Source of the DNA: Pristiophorus japonicus
Taxonomy: Eukaryota
DNA: 64,000 nt
NCBI RefSeq assembly: GCF_044704955.1
Contig: NC_091999.1
Location: 61,566,001 to 61,630,000, forward strand
Reading direction: 5' to 3'
Below the pieces are notes generated by a model that saw nothing but the letters and a program-made list of their open reading frames with translations, had not been told where the DNA came from and did not search any database. Shown here piece by piece: positions 1 through 11,520 of this stretch; the stretch's first letter is position 1, and each line of letters starts with the position of its first letter. The translations under genes and the position numbers were made by a program.

Positions 1-299
1 CTTGAAGGGGATCGCTTCATGTCTCATCACACAGGAGTAAGAGGCGCCGCTGGCCCACTCCTCGGCTGCAATGGATAGCAGGCTGTAGATGAAGAAGGAG
101 CTGCTGCCGTTCTCCGCCATCACCTCGGTGTTCTTGTAGTTGCCGGAATCTATCGGCTTGTCATTGATGGTCCATTTGACGAAGATCTCTTGGGGGGATA
201 AACCTCTCATTAAGCAGTTGAAGGTAAAGAAAGTTTGAACGGAGACTTCTTCTGCCGAGGGCAGGAGGACAGACACGGCCAGTTCCCGCGGATCTTTAG
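1..299 (-). CDS. IGHM: IgM heavy chain Cmu4 exon, cluster 1 (runs off the window edge; open as far as visible, but upstream exons are broken)
   Basis: Acceptor ttctgcag|ct at 301-300. Phase-1 translation [99 protein letters not shown]; both C1-set Cys and the Trp are present; matches shark Cmu4. Confidence 0.95.
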
Positions 300-784
300 C
301 TGCAGAACAATTATTTAAAAGTCAATAAACTGGATAATTCCAGAGACAAAGGAACCGGTGGTTAGATGTGAGAGAAATGTGCTTTGCGCTGATTTTTAAA
401 GGATTCCCTTTTCCCCCTCTGTGGCCTGTCTGGCTTTGCAGCACGGAGCAGAGGGGGATGCAATCCTTCTCTCTGGGTCCTTTAGGAGTCGGACTGGAAA
501 ATAACATAGCATTTTCTTCCCAACTGGTCATTATCGTTGTTTATGCTCCAAACGAGCCTCGTCCAGCTAATTTTATCCAACACAAATAAAATATATTTCC
601 CTTTTTCCCTCATGGATTTATCCAGATTCCACTTAAGTGCATAATTTCGGGTCCAGTCGGATTATTTAGTGGAATTACCATTTCAATTATCAGAGCAATC
701 CATTAACACACTTAATAGAGCCAATTAGCACATGCACGGAAATAGTCAGAGCGTCTCACTTGTTGCTACAATTTCTCCGCTCAT

Positions 785-1074
785 CCTTTTCCTTGTGGAT
801 GGAATCTCTTATAGTCGCTATAATAATGGTGCCTCATCACGGAGCAGAACTCAACACCGCTTAGCCAGGTTTGTTTCGAGATGTTTATGTTGCTGATCAC
901 ACTGTTGCGAGCTTCGCCAACTTCGACGGCAATCTTTGATTTCCAAGTTTCCTTTTCTCGAGTCCTGGATACTTTGATTCCATAAGGACCATTAGACACG
1001 ACACAGGATAATGTCTCAAGTAAGACCTGTTCTACTGACGGTTGCAGAAGAGTGATTTCTGCATTGGATATATT
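785..1074 (-). pseudogene. IGHM: IgM Cmu3 pseudo-exon, cluster 1
   Basis: [36 protein letters not shown]...[16 protein letters not shown]...IRDSIHKEK. There is an 8-nt deletion near the start relative to cluster 2, the core Trp is Arg, there is a 3' frameshift, and the donor reads AT (aagg|atgag). Confidence 0.92.
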
Positions 1075-1805
1075 CTGTGAAGCAGAAATATAAATCAAGC
1101 CAAGCTTCATCTTCACAATCAGGGTAACAGCATGCAGCCTTCATTCCCCCAAGAAGAATAAATCACCTTTGAGATATCAAGCACTCGCTGTCGCTTAAAC
1201 AAATCGTTATTGGAAGGACAACAGATTGGCAACGTGCCCGGGAGAATCTTTCAAATTTTTTGTGTGTTTACATCCAGAGCCACCTGTAATGTGCTGTGAA
1301 GCAAATACCCGGCGTAAAACATTAAATACATTCATGCACAATAGTGTTACGAACTGAATAGCGCTCCTCCCGAAAACCCTTGTTCCATTACGCCCGACTA
1401 AAGATCCTTGTGCCCAAACGTTATCACCGTTCTAAAAATGACTCTGCCCCAGGTTCAAGAGCTCAACACGAAACGTACACTGGCTCAAAACGAATAACAA
1501 ATCCAACTCAGGATTTTAGAATCGAAACGAAATACAGTTAATATCCTGGTGTCTTGTGATTTTTGGGGCGATGAAAATGTACAAGCAGCACTTGCAGCCC
1601 CCATCCAAGGAGAAAGGTCGGGAGAATGGCATTCCAAGGGGTCTTTTGTGTTTGGGAATCATTTGTAATGTTGGTGTGAAGTAGTTTTTTCATTTCTATC
1701 ATTAGTGAGCCTTTATCATGCCTTGTTAAAGAGTGTCAGAAGGAAATATGAATTTCAGTCCATCAAGCCTGTTCCTCCATTCAATTAGTTCTTGGATGAC
1801 CTGCA

Positions 1806-2016
1806 TGTTGTGTATCTGTATAGCATGCATTCCCATGTTCCGACACCTCGCAGCGCATCCCCTAAAGTCCCAAGGGTTCCCAGCATCCCTTGAGAGCACT
1901 GTATATAAGCCGGCCTTTAAGGCCTGTTAATCATTCTGGAGTGTCTTAATAAAGACTGAGGTCACTGTTAATTTAACCTCCCTGTGTGCAGTCTCATCTG
2001 TGTTTGGAACACAATA
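1806..2016 (+). repeat. 5' LTR
   Basis: Direct repeat of 6003-6211; followed by the PBS. Confidence 0.93.
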
Positions 2017-2018
2017 AC

Positions 2019-2028
2019 TGGCGACGAG
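2019..2028 (+). promoter_or_regulatory. Primer-binding site, probably tRNA-Ser(GCU)
   Basis: TGGCGACGAG is complementary to the ...CUCGUCGCCA 3' end of vertebrate tRNA-Ser(GCU). Confidence 0.75.
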
Positions 2029-5000
2029 TATACGAATCCAACGCAAAGATGCACCAAACTGTGGGCATCCTGGAGAATTTCTCGGATGGTGAGGACTGGG
2101 AAGTGGATGTCGCACGGCTAGACCAGTACTTTGTAGCAAACGAGCTGGATGGAGAAGGAAGCACTGGAAAAAGGAGAGCGGTGCTCCTCATGGTGTGCGG
2201 GGTACCGACCTACAGCCTCATGAAGTTTCTTCTGGCTCTGGTGAAACCCACAGATATGTCATATGAGGAGCACTGTACACTGGTTTGGGAGCATCTTAAC
2301 CTGAGGGAGAGCGTGTTGATGGCGAGCTATCGGTTCTACATGTGCCAGCGATCTGAAGGTCAGGAATTGGCGAGCTGCGTGGCTGAGCTAAGGTAACTTG
2401 CAGGACAATGTAAGTTTAATGGCTACCTGGAGCAAATGCTCAGATTTTTTGCACTGGGTATTGGACACGAGACCATCCTATGAAAATTTTGACTGTAGAG
2501 ACACCTACCCTCATTAAGGCCACTGCGATAGCACAGGCGTTTATGTCCACCAGTGAAAACAGCAAACAAATCTCTCAGTACACAAGTGCTAGCAATGTTC
2601 ATAAATTAACTGGAACTGTGTTTTCGAGCAGAAATGTACAGGGCAGAACGCACGAGTCTGCAACTGCCAGAAGGCCTCAGGTGACCCAGATGACTCAGAG
2701 CCCGCAACAAAGGATGACTGCAAGGCAATTCCACCTTGACGGCTTTGTGGAGGCTTCCATTCAGCCTATTTATGCCGCTTCAAAGGGTATGGTTGCAAGA
2801 GCTGTGGAACAATGGAGCTCCTCCAACGAGCTTGCAGATGAGCTGCAAGCTCGGCAAAACGTGCTAATCACCTCGTGGCAGAGGCAGATCGGTCCATGAT
2901 GGATCAAAGCTATTTCGAGCCACAGAGAGAGGAGGCAGATGCTGAAATACACTGGGTTCACACATTTTTGATGAAATGTCCACCTATGATGCTAAATATA
3001 AAATAGAATTGCTTACCCGTAGCCATTGAACTGGACACTGGCGCTAGCCAATCTACCATGAGTAAAAAGATGTTTCTGAGACTGTGGTGCAACAAGGCAC
3101 TCAGACCATCCCTGAGCCCCATCCACACGAAACAGATAACTTGCACCAAATAGCTTATCACTGTCATGGGCAGCGCCATGGTCAACGTCACCTACGAGGG
3201 CACGGTGCATGAACTGCCACTCTGGTTTGTCCCGGGGGATGACCCCACACTGCTTGGAAGGAGCTGACTGGGCAAAATCCGTCGGAACTGGGATGACTTC
3301 CGAGCGCTATCACAGGTTCTTCAAAAATGTCCTTCCTTTTTGAGCCAGGCATTGGAAACATTTCCGGGCGAAGGTGCCACTTGGTCCCAGAGGCACGACC
3401 CTTTCACCACAAGGCGCGAGCGGTACTGCACATGATGAGGGACAGAATGGAAATCGAGCTGGACAGCTGCAACGCGAGGGCATCATCTCCCCAGTAGAAT
3501 TCAGCGAGTGGGCCAGCCCGATTGTTCCAGTACTCAAAAGTGATGGCACGGTCTGGATTTGTGGCGATTATAAAGTAACTATTAATCGTTTCTCTCTACA
3601 GGACAAATACCCACTACCTAAGGCAGATGACGTATTCGTGACGCTGGCAGGAGGCAAGATGTTGGCCAAGCTCGACCTGACTTCGGCCTACATGACGCAA
3701 GAGCTGGAGGAGTCTTCGAATGGCCTCACCTGCATCAACACGCAAAAGGATTGTTCATCTACTACAGATACCCATTTGGAACTCGGTCGGCTGCAGCGAT
3801 CTTCCAGAGAAACACGGAGAGCCTACTCAAGTCAGTACCACGCACGGTGGTTTTCCATGACGACATATTGGTCACAGGTCGGGACACCATCGAGCACCTA
3901 CAAAACTTGGAGGAGGTCCTTCAGCTTCGGTCGTACCTGGGACTCCTTAACTATTTTGATTACTTCCTACCGGGGTTAAGCATCCTCTTAGAGCCCCTAC
4001 ATGTGTTATTGACTAAAGGTGAGAACTGGTTATGGGGAAAAAAACAAGTATTGCTTTTGAGAAAGCCAGAAATATTTTATGCTCCATTAAGCTGCTTGTA
4101 TTGCATAACCCATGTAAAAGACTTGTGCTAGCATGTGATGCGTCGTCGTACAGAGTCGAGTGTGTATTACAACAAGCTAACAATGTGGAGAAGTTGCAAC
4201 CTTTCGCCTATGCCTCCAGGAGCTTGTCTAAGGCCGAGAGGGCCTACAGAATGATTGATAAAAACGCATTAACGTGTGTGTTCGGGGTATAGAAAATGCG
4301 TCAGTACCTGTTTGGCCTCATATTTGAGCTAGAAACCGATCACAAGCCCCTCATATCCCTGTTCACTGAAAACAAGGGGATAAATACTAATGTCTCATCC
4401 CGCATACAAAGGTGGGCACTCGCACTATCAGCGTATAACTATACCATCCGCCACAGGCCAGGCACCGATAACTGTGCAGTTGTTCTCAGTTGGCTACCAT
4501 TGCCCACCATAGGGGTGTAAATGGCGCAGCCTGCAAACTTATTGACGGTGGCGCAGCCCGCAGACTTGTTGATGGGCATGGAAGCGTTTGAAAATGATAA
4601 ATCACCGATCACGGACCACCAGATTCGGACTTGGATCAGCCAAGAACCCCTTTTGTCACGAGTAAAAAACTGTGTACTGCATGCGAGCTGGGCAGGAAAC
4701 CCGTTGAAATGCAAAAGCTAATCAAGCCGTTCCAGCGGTGAAAGGACAAGCTGTCCATTCAGGCAGACTGCCTGTTGTGCAGTAACCACCTAGTGCTACC
4801 CAAAACGGGCAGGGAGACGTTCATCTCGGATCTCCAAAGCACACCACCGGGTAAAGTAATGATGAAAGCGATAGCCAGATCCCACGTGTGGTGGCCCGGT
4901 ATCGACTCTGACTTGAAGTCTTGTGTATGCCAATGCAGCATGCGTGCTCAGTTGAGCAACACGCCCAGAGAGGCACCACTAAATTTGTAGTCCTGGCCCT

Positions 5001-6002
5001 CCAGACCATGATCGAGGATCTATGTCGACTATGCGGGCCCGTTTCTCGGTATAATGTTCCTGGTGGTGGTGGATGATTTTTCAAAATGGATTGAATGTGA
5101 AATAATGTCGGGAAGCACCGCCACCGCCATCATTGAAAGCCTGAGGGCCATGTTTGCCGCCCACGGCCAGCCTGACATACTGGTCAGTGCCAACGGGCCA
5201 TGTTTCACCAGTGCCGAATTTAAAGAATTCATGACCCGCAATGGGATCAAACATTTCACCTCCGCCCCGTTTGAACCATCCTCCAATGAGCAGGCAGAGC
5301 GGGTAGTACAAACAATCAAACAGAGCCTCAAACAAGTCACAGAAGGCTTACTCGAAACCCGCCTGTCCCGAGTGCTGCTCAGCTACTGCACGTGACCCCA
5401 CTCACTCACAGGGGTTCCCCCGGCTGAGCTATTCATGAAAAGGACACTTAAAACCAGACTCTCACTGGTTCTCCACAACCTGCATGACCAGGTAGAGAGC
5501 AGGCGGCAGCAACAAAATGTTAACGATGGTCGCGCCACTGTGTCAGGGGAAATTGATCTGAATGACCCTGTGTATGTGCTAAACTATGGGCATGGTCCGA
5601 AGTGGATCGCGGGCAGGGTGATAGCTAAAGAAGGGAGTAGGATGTTTGTACTCAAACTAGCCAATGGACAAATTTGCAGAAGCACTTGGACCACACGAGG
5701 CTGTGGTTCATAGACTGCCCTGAACAACCCACAACAGACACCACCTTTTTCGAGCGCATAACACACACCAAAAGGATCAACAACACCACGCCGGACCAGG
5801 AAATCGAACCCATCACGCCCAACAGCCCAGCAAGGCCAGGCTCACCCAGCAGCTCTGCAGGGCCAACAACACACCAGCCCAGCGAGAGTGCAGCCAACAC
5901 ACCAGAACCGACATTTGTATCAAGGCCGTCCACCAGGGAAAGAAAGGCTCCCGACCGCCTCACCTTGTAAATAGTTTTCACTTTGACTTTGAGGGGGAGT
6001 GA

Positions 6003-6211
6003 TGCTGTGCATCTGTAAAGCATGCACTCCCATGTTCCGCCACCAGGGAGCGCATCCCCAGAAGACCCAAGGGATCCCAGCATCCCTTGAGAGCACTGTA
6101 TATAAGCTGGCCCCGAAGGTCTGTTACTCACTCTGGATTGTCTTAATAAAGACTGAGGTCACTGTTACTTTAACCTTCCTCTGAAGTCTCATCTGTGTCA
6201 GGAACACAATA
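6003..6211 (+). repeat. 3' LTR
   Basis: Direct repeat of 1806-2016; preceded by the polypurine tract. Confidence 0.93.
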
Positions 6212-6799
6212 CTATACCTCAATATCATCTATCCGCCTCATTTTGTAACCCCTTGCCTAACAAAGATGTATCAATCTCAGTTTTGACATTTTCAATTGAT
6301 CCTCCGCCTCAACAGCTGTTGGGGGAGAGATTTCCAGATTACTATTATCATTTGTGTGAAAGAATCCTTCCTGACCTCACTCCTCAATGGGCTCGCTCGA
6401 ATTTTGAGTTTCTGCCTCTTGTTCTCAATCCCGCACCAAGGAAATATTTTCTCTCTACCCTAACAATTCCGTTTATCAAGTTAAACAACTTATATCACCT
6501 CTTTACCTTCAAAATGCAAAGTAATACAAGCCTATTCTGTGCTACCTGTCCGCATTTTAGCCCCGGTATGATTCGGGTGAATTTGCATTGCACCCGTTCT
6601 AAAGCCGGTATATCCATCCTGCAGCGCGGTGCACGGAACTGAACACAATGTTCTAAATAGGGCAGGCGCCCTTTTTAGCAGTGGGTCCTGAGACAGTTAC
6701 CAGCAAAGGGTTCCAACACCGCCTGTCGCTCCATCTCAGTATAAACCTGAGACCAAGGGCAGCAGACATATTATGTGAAATTAGAGCAGAGGGAAAGCA

Positions 6800-6925
6800 A
6801 GAGCAAAATACTGCAGATGCTGCAATCTGAAAAAAACCCAGAAAATACTGGAAATCTCAGCGGGTCAGGCAGCATCTGTGGAGAGACAAAATAGTTAACG
6901 TTTCAGGTCGATGACCCTTCGTCAG
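6800..6925 (-). mobile_element. Penelope-like element terminal fragment with hammerhead core
   Basis: Minus strand reads CTGACGAAGGGTCATCGACCTGAAACGTTAAC...TCTCTCCACAGATGCTGCCTGACC; the same tail follows the GIY-YIG remnant at about 9100. Confidence 0.75.
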
Positions 6926-6969
6926 GGCGAACATCTTGCGAGGTTATTAAATCCTGAACCATGAGGAAT

Positions 6970-7390
6970 CCCGAATCAGAAGATTGTGGGTTCAAGTCGC
7001 ACTCCACATTCTTGAATAAAAAATGTAAGCTGCTACTCCCAGTGCAATACTGAGGGAGCGCTGCATTGTGGGAGTACCATATTTCGGATGAGATAGGAAA
7101 CCAAGGCCCCATCTGCCCTTTGAAGTGGATGGAAAATATCCCTTGGGGTTATTTCGAAGATGAGCAGGGCATTTCTCCCAGTTGTCCTGGACAATACTTA
7201 CGACTCAACAAACAGCACTAAACAAAAGGATTATCTGGTCATTATCACATTGCTGTTCGTGGGACCTTACTGTCTGAACATTGGCCGACGCGATTTCTAC
7301 AGTGAAACAGTGACCACAATTCAAGAAGAACTTCCTTGGTGGTGAAGCACTTTAGGACAACTGGAGTTCGGCCATGGCATTTCTTTCTTT
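6970..7390 (+). mobile_element. tRNA-derived DeuSINE (SacSINE1-like)
   Basis: B-box GGGTTCAAGTC, Deu-domain-like core (actgagggagcgctgcattg...gaaaccaaggccccatctgcc) and L2-like 3' tail. Confidence 0.75.
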
Positions 7391-7693
7391 TATATTATAA
7401 TGGAAGAAACCATAAACAGCACGATTGTATATTAGAAATAGAGCTTTCTCAGCATAAACCTCAGACTAAGGACACCTCACTCACTATCCGACATCACCGC
7501 TCAGGGAAACCTTGACGAGGTTATGGAATCCTGAACCATGAGGGAAATTAAATTAGGACGTACAACGAAAGGAAGTCCAATCTGTATGTTTGGCAATGAA
7601 AAATGTTCTGTGCTCTTTACTAATTCGAATAAAAGCTCTGATTGACATCCGCGCTCATAATCATTTGGGACTCCGCGGGCTGGTGTCCATTAT

Positions 7694-7975
7694 CGTGAGA
7701 TCTGGCGAAGTTTCGGCTTTGTGTGAACCCTTGATGAGAGACCTGGCAGGTAGAGACAAGGGGCAATGTCAGCCGACTGGTCACCGAGAAGTTTCAGTTC
7801 ACTTCACAGATGGGAGAGGTGACGAAGCCCTAATGCATGAGTGCTCAGCCAATTCAAGGTCTCACTCTTTGGACGGAATTCGAGGATTGAACACACAGCT
7901 GATGCATATTTGATGCGGGTGATTTCTTCACGGACGTCAGGATGAGGATAACGGTTGAATGATGTACCACACGAT
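7694..7975 (-). pseudogene. IGHM: IgM Cmu2 pseudo-exon, cluster 1
   Basis: TVILILTS/EEITRIKYASAVCSILEFRPKSETLNWL/GFVTSPICEVN*NFSVTSRLTLP/TCQVSHQGFTQSRN matches shark Cmu2. It has frameshifts, a stop and deletions; the acceptor reads AC and the donor AT. Confidence 0.9.
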
Positions 7976-8049
7976 GTGCAAGAAATTTATTTTATTGATA
8001 TGATTTATTGCAATCCAAACAATTAAGAATTGTGAAGAGTTTTTTTCAT

Positions 8050-8580
8050 AGAAACAGGCCATTCAGTCCAATAGGCTGATTTTTATGTTACACATGAGTC
8101 TCCTCTCTCCCTACTTCATCACCACCCATCAACACCTTCGATCCCTTTATCCGTCGTGTACTTATCTGCATTCCCCTGAAACGCATCTATGATATTTGCC
8201 TCAATTACTACTACCTATGGTAGCGAGATCCACAATCTACCCACTCTCTGGGTAAAGAAGACCCTCCTGAATTACCTATTGAATATCTTATATTTATGGG
8301 CCCTAGTATCAGGCTCCTACTCAAGCAGAAATATCTTCGACCCGACTAACCTTTCAAACCCCTTCATAAGTTCAAAAAACTTTATTCGGTCACCCCTCAG
8401 CCTTCCCTTTTCTTGAAAAAAAAGATCCCCAGCCGGTTTAATTTATTCTTGGCAGTTAAAATCGTTCAGTTCTGGTATTCTCCTTGGAAATCTTTATTTG
8501 CACTTCTCCAGTGCTTCTGTATCATTCTTCTCATATGGAAGCCAGAACTATGCTCAGTAAATTAAGTGTGATTATGTAGG
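8050..8580 (-). mobile_element. Old CR1 3' fragment
   Basis: Degenerate RT C-terminus (FTQRVV-type motif) and CR1 tail. Confidence 0.7.
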
Positions 8581-8614
8581 TCAGAACTGAACACAGCGTC
8601 CTAAGTGTGATATC

Positions 8615-9185
8615 GAGACCACACTTGTACACCTTTGAAGAATAGTTCCATTCAGCCCATAAGCATGAACCCGCTTCTCGCTTTAATTTTCTGCTCCACT
8701 CCCACACTGACGTCTCCATCCTCAGTCTCTTACACGGTTCCAACGAATCTCAATGCAAGCACGAGGAATAGCACCTTATCTTCGATTTTATAGCATTACT
8801 TGCTCAATATCGAATTCAATAGAATTTCAGACCAGAACTTCCCCCTCGATGTTTTTCTGCCAAATGGCAGCAGTTGATGGTTCTGCCGTTCCCATTTATA
8901 CTTCATGCGGACCAAACATTTGTTTCTTAACTTGTCCCATACCATCTCCTTTTGCCTAGCACCATCATCGCTTTTGTCTTTATATCACTCTTGCCTTCCA
9001 TTCTATCACAGAGCTTATCATTTGTTCTTTACTCCACACCACCTAACCCTGACTTGAAACTTGCTTAATAATATGTAACATATCCAACTGTTTCCACTTT
9101 TGATGAAGGGTCTTCGACCTGAAATCTTAAACCTACTTATCTCTCCACAGACACAGTCAGACCTGCTGATTATGTCCAGCATGTT
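8615..9185 (+). mobile_element. Penelope-like element 3' fragment (GIY-YIG endonuclease C-terminus plus terminal repeat)
   Basis: FNFLLHSHTDVSILSLLHGSNESQCKHEE*HLIF...LNIEFN, followed by TGATGAAGGGTCTTCGACCTGAAA. Confidence 0.75.
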
Positions 9186-10210
9186 CAGTAGACAGATAGA
9201 TAGATATGTGCATAGATGGACAGATCGATGGNNNNNNNNNNNNNNNNNNNNNNNNNNNNNNNNNNNNNNNNNNNNNNNNNNNNNNNNNNNNNNNNNNNNN
9301 NNNNNNNNNNNNNNNNNNNNNNNNNNNNNNNNNNNNNNNNNNNNNNNNNNNNNNNNNNNNNNNNNNNNNNNNNNNNNNNNNNNNNNNNNNNNNNNNNNNN
9401 NNNNNNNNNNNNNNNNNNNNNNNNNNCAAGCATATAGAGAGAGTTGTTGATATAAATTAACATAGATAGAGCAATATGTAGATTATTGGGCAGACTGATA
9501 GATAGAAAGGTATTGATGCAATAAACAATTTGATTGATTGACAAAATTCCTTTTGAATGCCAAGGAGTAGATCAAGGATGTGAACAGAAGGATAGCGAAT
9601 TATTTTGAATAAAAGCTCATCTCAGTTTTCCGTTCGGATTAAGAATGTGGAAAATGCTTAGTGTCATCATCAGGGTATAGAAATCATATTGTGTGCTGAA
9701 ACATGATCTACCGCACAATGGCAGTGAGAACTAGTCATACACAAATATTGTGGGAGGAAGTCAGGAGATATAAATCTCAGTATGTACTGACACATGATTT
9801 ACTGCACGGTGGTTATGGGAGCAGGCATGTATAAATGTAGTGTGAGGAAGTCACAGATGAAAATATCAGTATCGACTGACACCAGATCGAATATGAACAC
9901 TGTCACTCTGTAATAACATAGCTCAGGAACATTGGCCGACCCAGTCCACCAATATGGGAGGACAGCTGTATCCCGTCTATCTGTGTCTGAATTTGAATCC
10001 AGATCCAAATAAAGGTACTGAACTACTGACACGTCCTGTCCACCATTAGAAATAGCAGTCCTTCAACCCCTGTCAGCGTTTACATTTCACCTCAAGTTCT
10101 GGGGTTGAGTAAAACATTCATCTCACCAATGCTTGTATACTATTGAGATTCACATCAGAAATCGGATCCAATTCGGGTGGGTGGAGGAAAATGGACAGCT
10201 AGATTGATAG

Positions 10211-11520
10211 CTAAACATACTCTCTGCATCTACCTTGTCGAACACCTTCAGTAACTTATATGTTTCAATGTGATCACTTCTCATTCTTCTAATCCCCAAT
10301 GTGTATAGATCAAACCTGATCAACCTATTTTCATCAGTCCCCCCTTTTATCACAGGATTCAAAGTGGTGAAACTTTTCTGAACTGCCTCCAAAACCAGGA
10401 TATCCATCCTTAAATAAGGAGACCAAAACTGTATGCAGTACTGTTGGTGTGGTCAAACCAATAACCTCTACAGTGTAGCAGGATTTCCCTGTGTTTAACT
10501 TCCATCCTCTTTGCAATAAAGACCAACATTCAATTTGCCTTCCTGATTACTTGCTGTACATAAATACTAACTTTTGTATTTCATGCTCATGACGTCAGGC
10601 CCCTCTGTCCTACTGCATTTTGTAATCCATCTCCATTAAAATATTACATTGCTTTTTTATTGTTCGTGCCAAAGTGGATAAGCTCACACTTTCGCAATTT
10701 ATACACCATCTGCCAAATGTTTTCCCACTCACTTAGCCTGTCTATATCCCTTTGAGATTATTTGTGTCCTCCTCACAACATGCTTTCCCACGCATTTTTG
10801 TGTCATCAGCAAAGTTGGCTAAATTATATTCGGTCCCTTCAACCAACTCATTAATATAGATTGTAAATAGTTGAGGCCATAGCACCGATAACTGTGGCAT
10901 CCCAATAGTAACCGTTTGCTCACCGTAAAATGACCCGTTTATTCCAACACTTTCTTTTCTTTAGTTAGCCAAATCTCTATCTATGCCATTATATTACCAC
11001 CGACCCCCTGAGCTTGTATCCTTTGCAGTAACCTTTTATGTGGCAACTTATCGAATGCCTTCTGGACATCCAAATACAGCACATACACTCGTACCCCCTT
11101 ATCACCCTGATAATTACATCCTCAAAGAACTCAAGAAAATTTGCCAAACATGATTTACTTTTCAAAAAAGCATGCTGACTCCGCTTGAATGTGTCATGCG
11201 TTTCCAAATGTAATGCTTCTTATACCTTACTAAAGGAACCTGTGCACAATTTCCTGCTTTCTGTCGTCTTACTTTTTTAAATATGACCGTTATATTTGCG
11301 ATTTTCCAATCTGTTGGGATCTCTCCAAAATCCAGGGAATTTTGGTAAATTGCAACCAATCCATTCAATATCTCTGCAGCCACTTATTTTAAGACCCGAG
11401 GAAGCAGACCATCAATTCCAGGCGCCTTATCCAACTTTAGTCCTATTATTTTACCCAATAATCTTTCTTTAGTGAAACTGATTGATTGAAGTTTCCTCCT
11501 CCCTATAGATACTTTATTGT
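10211..11520 (-). mobile_element. Old CR1 RT fragment (continues at about 14646-14700)
   Basis: Degenerate KSCLANFLEFFEDV and DWKIANIT motifs; sequence resumes after the younger insertion. Confidence 0.9.

Larger units (their letters stand above)
1806..6211 (+). mobile_element. Full-length degenerate Ty3/Gypsy (Mag-like) LTR retrotransposon in the Cmu2-Cmu3 intron
   Basis: LTRs at 1806-2016 and 6003-6211 (TGTTGTG/TGCTGTG...CACAATA, each with TATA box and AATAAA). PBS TGGCGACGAG at 2019; PPT GAGGGGGAG at 5991. gag, protease ELDTGASQS, RT (WASPIVPV, FHDDILV), RNase H (ACDASSY, ETDHKPL) and integrase (HVWWPGID..C..C) motifs, with many stops and frameshifts. Flanks CTGCA/CTATA fit a decayed 5-bp TSD. 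Confidence 0.96.
1740..6660 (-). mobile_element. Old CR1 LINE 3' fragment (about 1740-1805 and 6217-6660) split by the Gypsy insertion
   Basis: CR1-type 3' tail and degenerate RT C-terminal sequence continue across the LTR element. Confidence 0.6.

Noticed and set aside
9799-10032. ORF with Ig-V-like words (DTAVLP...DTDIFIC)
   Set aside because: It overlaps a ~90-bp internal repeat, lacks the first Cys, and is not reported as an ORF in the duplicated copies.
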